Source of the DNA: Planctomycetota bacterium
Lineage (GTDB): Bacteria; Planctomycetota; PLA2; JAEUHO01
DNA length: 57,132 bases
Assembly: GCA_050248855.1 (NCBI GenBank)
Contig: JBFWRP010000029.1
Coordinates: forward strand, 1 to 57,132
Direction of reading: 5' to 3'
Of the stretch, positions 48,959 to 57,132 are shown one piece after another (the stretch's first letter is position 1; every line of letters starts with the position of its first letter). A program made the translations under genes and the position numbers. The notes beneath the pieces were generated by a model that saw only the letters and a program-made list of their open reading frames with translations, was not told where the DNA came from and did no database searches.

Positions 48959-49618
48959 TCAAAGGTCCACGCCGAAGTGGAGGATGACGTGGGGGACGGC
49001 GGGGTTCCCGCTGCCGTCATCGTCGCCCTGCAGGGCGATCACGTCCGCCGTGGCGTCCCCGTCGGTGGGCGTCGCAAGGCGCACGGCGAAGGCGCTGACC
49101 GTGTCGTCGCTGTTCCAGTCCGACAGGAAGGCGGAGGTCACGTTCACCTCGCGCCAGCCCGACGTGGTCACGTCCGTGATCGTCGCGATGTCGTTGCCCG
49201 GCGGATGCGGGACCTGGCCGACCGCGAGGGGCAAGTCAGGGTGGTCCGGCAGGTGCGACACCACGAGGGGGCCCAGCGGTGCCGGGTCGCCGGAAGAGAC
49301 CTCGACCCAGAAGCGCAGGCGGATCGAGTCGAGGCTTGTCTTGTCGGGCTGCTGCGTGCCGTCGATGCGGATGGCGATCACGCCGAGGACCTGCGTGCCT
49401 GCGACCAGGTCACCGGCGGCGAGCACGTCAGGCTGCGCGGAGACGTCCGTCCCCCCCGTCGTCCGCACGACGCTGCCCGAGAGGCCCGAGGCCGCGAACA
49501 GCGTCACGTCCTGGTCATCGACGAAGTCCTCGGCGATCGACTCGACGAGGCCGCACGACGAGAGCGCGAGCGCCGCGGGAAGAAGAACCAGCGCGAGCAG
49601 AGAGCGGGCAACCGACAT
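48959..49618 (-). CDS. Hypothetical lipoprotein
   Basis: GGAGG RBS, LSSC lipobox, beta-rich and acidic. Confidence 0.7.
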   Translation of the reverse strand: MSVARSLLALVLLPAALALSSCGLVESIAEDFVDDQDVTLFAASGLSGSVVRTTGGTDVSAQPDVLAAGDLVAGTQVLGVIAIRIDGTQQPDKTSLDSIRLRFWVEVSSGDPAPLGPLVVSHLPDHPDLPLAVGQVPHPPGNDIATITDVTTSGWREVNVTSAFLSDWNSDDTVSAFAVRLATPTDGDATADVIALQGDDDGSGNPAVPHVILHFGVDL

Positions 49619-49702
49619 CGGGCCTCCGGGCCCGCCGAGCGGGCGTACTTCGCCCTATCGGCCGATCGCCGTGCGGACAGGAGCCCCTACGGAGGCGGGC
49701 CC

Positions 49703-50656
49703 CTACGCAGGCGGGAGAAGCTGTTGCACCCTGCCGCGACGCCTGCCCGTCGTCCCGGGCCATCCCCGGCAGGCTGCAACGGCTTTTCCCGCCTCCGTAC
49801 GAACCGCCTCCGTACGAAGCGGGACCCACGTGGCCGCCAGCCCGTCGAGGCTGGCGTGAAGGCGCCATGTGCCCGGCGTCGCGAGCAGGGACGCGCGTGC
49901 CGACTCGCCCAAGGGGATCCGTGTGGCGGCATGCCGCACGTCCTTCAGGGGCGTGAGGCGTACGGTCCGGCTGCCGCCGGCGTGCGAGAAGACCAGCTCC
50001 AGGCGGGGGCCCCTGCCGGGGCGCGAGGTGGTGCGCAGGCCTTCGATGAACACATCCACGGCCATGTCGTCGGTGTCGGGCAACGTCGCGCCGGGCGCGA
50101 GTCGCTCGCCATCGGCGACCACGGCGGCGCGTACCACGAGCGCTCGCGTGCTGCGTCGCCGGGCGCCGTCGCGGAGGCGACGCATGAGGCCGCGCACGCC
50201 CAGGAACGCCAACGCGAGGCCCGAGAACCAGGCGAAGGGCTTGACGCGACTGCGCATGCGACCGACGAGCGCCAGGTCCACGATGCGATCGCGGCGTGCG
50301 ATGACATCGGCATCCCCGGGCGCCAAGCGGGCTGCGAGCTCGGCGTGCCGGACGGCGGCGGCCTCGTCGCCCAGGGCCTGCCACGCGATGGACGCGGCCG
50401 TGTGCGCCTCGGGCGACGGCGACTCGGCGGCCAGCGCCTCCAGGCGCGGCGCCAGCGCCGAGACCGCACCGGGCTCGTGCACGTCGGGCCAGGCGCCCAG
50501 GCCCTCCGGCGCCTCGAGGCGCCGGAGGGCGGGTCCCAGTTCCCGTGTGGCGTGTGCGGTGCCACGCTGATGGACCGCCGAGAGACCGAGCCCTGCGATC
50601 GTCACGAGGACGAGCAAGATCGTCACGGCGCGCCGTAGGGGTCGGGAGCGGCTCAT
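49703..50656 (-). CDS. Two-TM protein with TPR-like segment and C-terminal beta domain
   Basis: GGAGG RBS, TM, 'AWQALGD...AARLAPGD', second TM. Confidence 0.6.
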   Translation of the reverse strand: MSRSRPLRRAVTILLVLVTIAGLGLSAVHQRGTAHATRELGPALRRLEAPEGLGAWPDVHEPGAVSALAPRLEALAAESPSPEAHTAASIAWQALGDEAAAVRHAELAARLAPGDADVIARRDRIVDLALVGRMRSRVKPFAWFSGLALAFLGVRGLMRRLRDGARRRSTRALVVRAAVVADGERLAPGATLPDTDDMAVDVFIEGLRTTSRPGRGPRLELVFSHAGGSRTVRLTPLKDVRHAATRIPLGESARASLLATPGTWRLHASLDGLAATWVPLRTEAVRTEAGKAVAACRGWPGTTGRRRGRVQQLLPPA

Positions 50657-50691
50657 CGGTCAGGCCTCCGCAGGGGGTCGGGTCGTCGGGG

Positions 50692-51504
50692 TCAGCGCGC
50701 GGGCCAGGCCGCGAGGACCTCGTCGATGGCCTGCGCGGGGTCTTGCGAACCCATGGGCAGCGCGGCCAGCGGCTCGTCGACGAGCTCGGTGCGCTCCACC
50801 TCGTAGTAGGCAAGCAGCTTGGACTGCTCGCGCAGCGACGCGCGGATGGCATCGATGCGCTCGCGCGCTGCCGACCAGCCGCTGGCATCCAGGCCCTCGG
50901 CCAACACGCCCTCGCGCGTGCGAGCCGCGGCCTTGCGGGCTTCGAGGGACTCGAGCTCGGCGGCCAGGAGACGCACCTCTTCCCCGAGGCGCGACTGCTC
51001 GTCACGAGCCTGTTCCAAGGCGGACAGCGTGGACGCGTGCTCGGCCTTCAAGCGCTCGAGGTCCTGGGCACGACGCTCGAGGCGCACGCTCGCGGCCTGG
51101 AAGGCGCGCACGCGGCGCAGGGTGCCGTCCTCGGACGAGCGAACCTGGGGACGAAGCGGCACGGTGGCGGGGACGAGCTCGTCGTCATCGCCCATCGTGG
51201 CGCGGAGCGAAGCCAGCGCCTCGCGCTCGCTTCCGACGCGGGTAGCCAGGGTGCGCACTTCGCGCTCGGTCTCGCGGATGCGGTCGGCGAGACCTTCGGC
51301 GGCGACTTCGCCGCGGATGATGCTCTCGGCGTAGGCGTCCACCTGACGGCGGGCCTCCTCGAGCTGGTTCTTGAGCGGGACGTCGGCGGCCACGGCACTG
51401 CGGGCCTCGGCGCGCAGCTGGGCCACGCGCGACGAGATCGCATCGGTGCCGATGAACCACGCCGCACCACCCACGATCAGGGCGGTCCAGATGAGCTTTC
51501 GCAT
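50692..51504 (-). CDS. N-terminally anchored long coiled-coil protein (PspA/IM30-like pattern)
   Basis: Hydrophobic N-terminus, then about 200 aa of E/R/A/L-rich helix. GGAG RBS. Confidence 0.7.
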   Translation of the reverse strand: MRKLIWTALIVGGAAWFIGTDAISSRVAQLRAEARSAVAADVPLKNQLEEARRQVDAYAESIIRGEVAAEGLADRIRETEREVRTLATRVGSEREALASLRATMGDDDELVPATVPLRPQVRSSEDGTLRRVRAFQAASVRLERRAQDLERLKAEHASTLSALEQARDEQSRLGEEVRLLAAELESLEARKAAARTREGVLAEGLDASGWSAARERIDAIRASLREQSKLLAYYEVERTELVDEPLAALPMGSQDPAQAIDEVLAAWPAR

Positions 51505-51607
51505 GGCGGGGATCTCCGGAAGGGGAAAACAGGGACGTACGGGGAGCCCGAACCGGCACGACAAGGCTTGTCGCGCAGGCACGAGACGCTGTCGGGGGGT
51601 GGCGGAC

Positions 51608-53527
51608 TCAGGCTGCGCGAAGCAGGGGAGCGAGTCCTTCGACCGGCGGCGAGGCGGTCACGGAGGGGAGGGCGCCGAAGCGCGTGCGGGCGTTCTGGCT
51701 GCGCGCCCGGGAGGCCTCGCCCCACGCCGTGCACAGGACGACGAGCGAGGCGAGAAGGAGGAGGAGCGCGAAGAGCGACAGGCCCCAGCCGCGGTGCGTG
51801 CGGCGGTGCGCGATCAAGCTGGCGGTCCAGCCGAGCGCGACGATGCCGGCGACGACCGTGCCCTTGATCCAGGTCTGGAGCTCGCCGACGGAGAAGTTCT
51901 CTCCGGCGCTTCGCGAGAAGGCGATGACGTCCAAACCGACGATCATCGAGTGCGCACACCAGAGGATCGCGCCCAGCAGGAAGCCGCGGAGCAGGAGCGA
52001 TGGACCCGCGATGGCCTGCGTCGACGGGAAGCCCGTTGGCGCCATGGGAACGAGCGGACGGGCGGCGTGCACGACGGGCGCGGCATGCGCCAGCGAAGCC
52101 ACGCCCAAGGGGGCCGCCGGGCCAAAGGGAGGCGCGAGGCGCGGGCGACGGCGGTCGAACGCCTCGCGCGCCCGGTCCCCGGTCAGCGCCCACAAGCCGT
52201 AGATGCCGAGCGCCGTCAGGAACGGCGGGAACACGAGGAACACGAGGCTGGTCGTGACCTGGGTCTCGCGCGAGCCCGGCGTGAGCCGTGAGAGCCGGCT
52301 CCCCTGCCGCAAGAGGAAGATGCCCAAGATGATCGACACGATCGACCCGGTCCAGATGAACTTGGTCGGTACGAGTGAAAGATGCACTGGAGTCAGGAGC
52401 TCGACGAATGCGAAACCGCCCATCGCCGCAAGCAGTGCCACGATGCCGAGAACCCGGTCCAGTGCAGAAAGGATCTCCACGTGCCGAAGCACGCCCCCGT
52501 CGGTCGCGACGGGCGGGGCGACGCCAGGCGTCGCCGGCGCCACGGGTGCGGGCTCGGGCCCGCCGCGCAGCGCGTCTTCGAGGTCTTCGCGCAGCGCTTC
52601 CGCGCTGGCGTGGCGACGGCGCGGATCGGGAGCCAGCGCCCGCGTGACGATGGTGTCGAGTCGACGCGACACGTCCACGCTGAGCTCGCTGGGCAGCTGG
52701 AAGCGTCCCAAGGGCAGCGAGCCGGTGAGCATCTCGTAGAGGATGACGCCGAGGGCGAACACGTCGGCCTGGGGACCCACGTCGCCGTCGCCGCGGCGTT
52801 GCTCGGGGGCCATGTACTCGTAGGTCCCCATGATCACGTCGGTGTGCGTGAGCCGGGTGGCGCCGTTGCCAGCGCGCTCGCCATGCCACTTGCTGAGGCC
52901 GAAGTCGACGAGGCGCGCCGTGCCGTCTTCACCGAGCAGCACGTTTTCCGGCTTGAGGTCGCGGTGGATCACGCCGCGCTCGTGCGCGTAGGAGAGGGCG
53001 CTGGCAACTTGCGTGGCCACGGCCACGGCCTCTGCCGCGGGCAGGGGGCCGCGCTCGAGCCGGCGGCGGAGCGACTCGCCCCGCACGTAGTCCATGGCGA
53101 ACCAGAGACGACCTTCGTCTTCACCGCGGTCGACGACCCGCACGATGTGCGGGTGCGTGAGCTCGGCAAGCATCTCGCTCTCGCGGTCGAAGCGCTTGCG
53201 GAAGGCCTCGTCCGCGGCGAGATGCTCGGAGAGGACCTTGAGCGCGACGTGCTTGCGGCGGAAGCGGTCCGTCGCCTCGTAGACGCGGCCCATGCCGCCG
53301 CGGCCGAGCAGACGCTGGATGCGCCAGCGGCCCAGGCGCTCGCCGACGAGCGGGTCGTCCGGGTCCACGGGGTCCGGCGCCATGTGCGGCCGGCGGTACT
53401 GCGCCGTGGCCAGGCCCTCGGGCGGGAAGCGATCGCCGCACGAGGTGCAGGCCACCTCGTCGGGATGTCCGGCCACCAGCACGGCGCCTGAGCACCGCGG
53501 GCAGTGGGTCGTCCACCTCTCGCTCAC
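51608..53527 (-). CDS. Ser/Thr protein kinase with N-terminal Zn ribbon and C-terminal multi-TM region
   Basis: [42 protein letters not shown] and about 6 TMs. Confidence 0.95.
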   Translation of the reverse strand: MSERWTTHCPRCSGAVLVAGHPDEVACTSCGDRFPPEGLATAQYRRPHMAPDPVDPDDPLVGERLGRWRIQRLLGRGGMGRVYEATDRFRRKHVALKVLSEHLAADEAFRKRFDRESEMLAELTHPHIVRVVDRGEDEGRLWFAMDYVRGESLRRRLERGPLPAAEAVAVATQVASALSYAHERGVIHRDLKPENVLLGEDGTARLVDFGLSKWHGERAGNGATRLTHTDVIMGTYEYMAPEQRRGDGDVGPQADVFALGVILYEMLTGSLPLGRFQLPSELSVDVSRRLDTIVTRALAPDPRRRHASAEALREDLEDALRGGPEPAPVAPATPGVAPPVATDGGVLRHVEILSALDRVLGIVALLAAMGGFAFVELLTPVHLSLVPTKFIWTGSIVSIILGIFLLRQGSRLSRLTPGSRETQVTTSLVFLVFPPFLTALGIYGLWALTGDRAREAFDRRRPRLAPPFGPAAPLGVASLAHAAPVVHAARPLVPMAPTGFPSTQAIAGPSLLLRGFLLGAILWCAHSMIVGLDVIAFSRSAGENFSVGELQTWIKGTVVAGIVALGWTASLIAHRRTHRGWGLSLFALLLLLASLVVLCTAWGEASRARSQNARTRFGALPSVTASPPVEGLAPLLRAA

Positions 53528-53626
53528 CTCACCTCCACGTCCGGAACCGTGGGCTTGGCCCGGAGTCCCCCTGCCATCAGGAGCTGCTGTCAGGGGACCC
53601 GCCACCTTCGCCATGGCCCCCCCAGG

Positions 53627-53642
53627 ATCAAGGCGTGTGCCG
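53627..53642 (-). promoter_or_regulatory. Putative sigma54 promoter of the kinase operon
   Basis: CGGCACACGCCTTGAT, i.e. GGCAC-N5-TTG(A), about 100 nt upstream of the kinase start. Confidence 0.55.
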
Positions 53643-53777
53643 GGGCGCGGCCCAGAGGCTGCCGAACGAACGTAACCCGTTTTCCCGTAGTCACTTGAGG
53701 CGCGGTCGCGAGGTGGGACGCCCTGCGGCCCGAGCGTCCGGGCGTCCTCGGACGGACACGGTCATCGAACGAAACGT

Positions 53778-55673
<1,896 letters not shown>

Positions 55674-55678
55674 GCGGG

Positions 55679-56038
55679 CTACACGTGCACCGGGACGCGC
55701 CCCTCGCTGACGAGGCGGGCCAGGTCGGCGGGCGCGGCGAGCACGGCGCCCGCGCGAAGCTGGTCGGGGTCGAGCTCGCGGCGTTCGAACGCGCTCCGAT
55801 CGGCGTGGAACACGACGCCCTTCTCCACGAGCCCCGTGACGAGCGCCGCGGCGTCGTGCGACCAGGGCTCGCGCATCGTCTCGGCGACGGCCTTGACGGC
55901 GAGGCGCACACCCTCGTGCGACAGCCACAGCGCGACGTCGTGCCCAGCTTCGGCCGCGGCCAGCGCCGTGGCCAGGCCCCCGCCCGAGCGCTCCGGGTCG
56001 TCGGTCGAGCAGCTGATCGTGAACAGGAGCGCGGCCAT
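55679..56038 (-). CDS. DsrE/DsrF-like protein
   Basis: DDPER..ALAA...GHDVALWL..EGV pattern. Confidence 0.75.
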   Translation of the reverse strand: MAALLFTISCSTDDPERSGGGLATALAAAEAGHDVALWLSHEGVRLAVKAVAETMREPWSHDAAALVTGLVEKGVVFHADRSAFERRELDPDQLRAGAVLAAPADLARLVSEGRVPVHV

Positions 56039-56112
56039 GGGGGGCAAGGATACGGCGTGCACCGGCTGACGCGCTGCTTGGGGCTCGCGAGCGAAGCGGG
56101 GAGACTCCGTCG

Positions 56113-56898
56113 GTGCCGCGCCGCCCCCTGGTCTTGGACGAGCTGGTCGATCGGGTGATCTCGCGTCCCTTGGCGAAGGGCCTCGCGGCCGTGCTCGCCC
56201 CGACGCCCGTCACGCCGAACCAGGTCACGCTCGTCAGCGGGGCCTGCGGCGTGACGGCGGGCGTGCTCCTGGCCCTGGGCGCAACGTGGCCCGTGGCCGT
56301 GGCGCTGCTGGGCTTCCTCGTCTTCGACTGTGCGGATGGGCAGCTGGCGCGTCGGCGCGGCGGCGGCAGCGTCTACGGGCGTGCCTTCGACGGCGTCGGG
56401 GACTACCTGACGGGTCTCGGTGTGCACGTCGGTCTGGGGTTCGTGATGGTGCGTGCGCTGGAGAGCATCGTTGCGGGTGTCGCGGCGGCCGTGCTCGCGG
56501 GGCTGGCCCTGATCTGGGCTTCCGGGCTGCTCGACCGCTACAAGCGTCGCTACGGCGGTTCACGGGACGACCTGGCGGAGATCGATGCGGCGATCGAGGG
56601 GGCCAAGGGCTTCCCGCGCTGGTTGCTGAAGCGCTTCCGGGCCTATGCGGCGCGCCTCGAGGCCGACGCCGTCACGATTCCGGACCAGGAGGCGTATCGC
56701 GCCAAGACGCGCGATGCGATGTGCCTGTTCTTGGCAGGCGGCCCGACGACGCACTACGCGTTGCTCGCCGTGGCGAGCGCATTCGGGCTGGCGCCGTGGT
56801 ACGTGGCGCTGGCGCTGGGCCCGGGGTCATTGCTCACCTTCTCGACGCTGCGCCTGCAGCGGCGCCAGGAGCAGGGTGTGGTGGACGCGGGTGCCTGA
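56113..56898 (+). CDS. CDP-alcohol phosphatidyltransferase
   Basis: TPNQVT, DCADGQLAR...G...DGVGD. Confidence 0.92.
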   Translation: MPRRPLVLDELVDRVISRPLAKGLAAVLAPTPVTPNQVTLVSGACGVTAGVLLALGATWPVAVALLGFLVFDCADGQLARRRGGGSVYGRAFDGVGDYLTGLGVHVGLGFVMVRALESIVAGVAAAVLAGLALIWASGLLDRYKRRYGGSRDDLAEIDAAIEGAKGFPRWLLKRFRAYAARLEADAVTIPDQEAYRAKTRDAMCLFLAGGPTTHYALLAVASAFGLAPWYVALALGPGSLLTFSTLRLQRRQEQGVVDAGA

Positions 56899-56933
56899 CA
56901 CGCAGGGGTCGCGGTTTGCCCGCCGGCGAACGC

Positions 56934-57010
56934 CGCACTTCGGTGTCTGACACCGTGCCCCCGTCGCTGTCGCTCCGAGGCACGGGTTCAGACACCTCCG
57001 CGCGTCTCGC
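56934..57010 (+). repeat. Repeat module A, second copy
   Basis: Matches 3-78 with 3 substitutions and 1 insertion. Confidence 0.85.
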
Positions 57011-57050
57011 GCGACCCCGGATGTGTCAGGACCCTTGCCGCGGCGCCGCA

Positions 57051-57132
57051 CCGTGAGGGGTGCAGGGGGGGTACGGAATAGCCCCCCTGCTGCGGAGGCG
57101 AAGCCGGAGCACCGAATCCGCGCGGGAGCGCG
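57051..57132. repeat. Repeat module B, second copy (inverted)
   Basis: Reverse complement of 122-203. Confidence 0.85.

Overview
A 57 kb, very GC-rich (about 70%+ by eye) stretch of bacterial chromosome. Gene content suggests a Planctomycetota-like lineage (inference): FHA-sigma54 activator, Zn-ribbon Ser/Thr kinase, VWA-HEAT, secretin-N-only and SpoIVB-S55 proteins. It holds about 48 densely packed CDS plus tRNA-Ala(CGC). I found no integrase, transposase, phage gene, rRNA or CRISPR array. Both window ends lie in copies of a composite palindromic REP/MITE-like repeat. The most unusual signals are: (1) a full-length NifB-architecture protein lacking every Fe-S cysteine motif, outside any nif cluster; (2) a 98-nt intergenic hairpin present twice with an invariant 42-nt core and compensatory stem changes; (3) a sigma54/FHA activator, kinase, PspA-like coiled-coil module with a recognisable sigma54 promoter; (4) a divergent PGK and a CxxC-less DsrE; (5) repeated -10 boxes 6-8 nt before start codons, suggesting leaderless mRNAs. 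All family calls come from motif recognition by eye. No searches were run, and several start codons are my own choices within longer ORFs.
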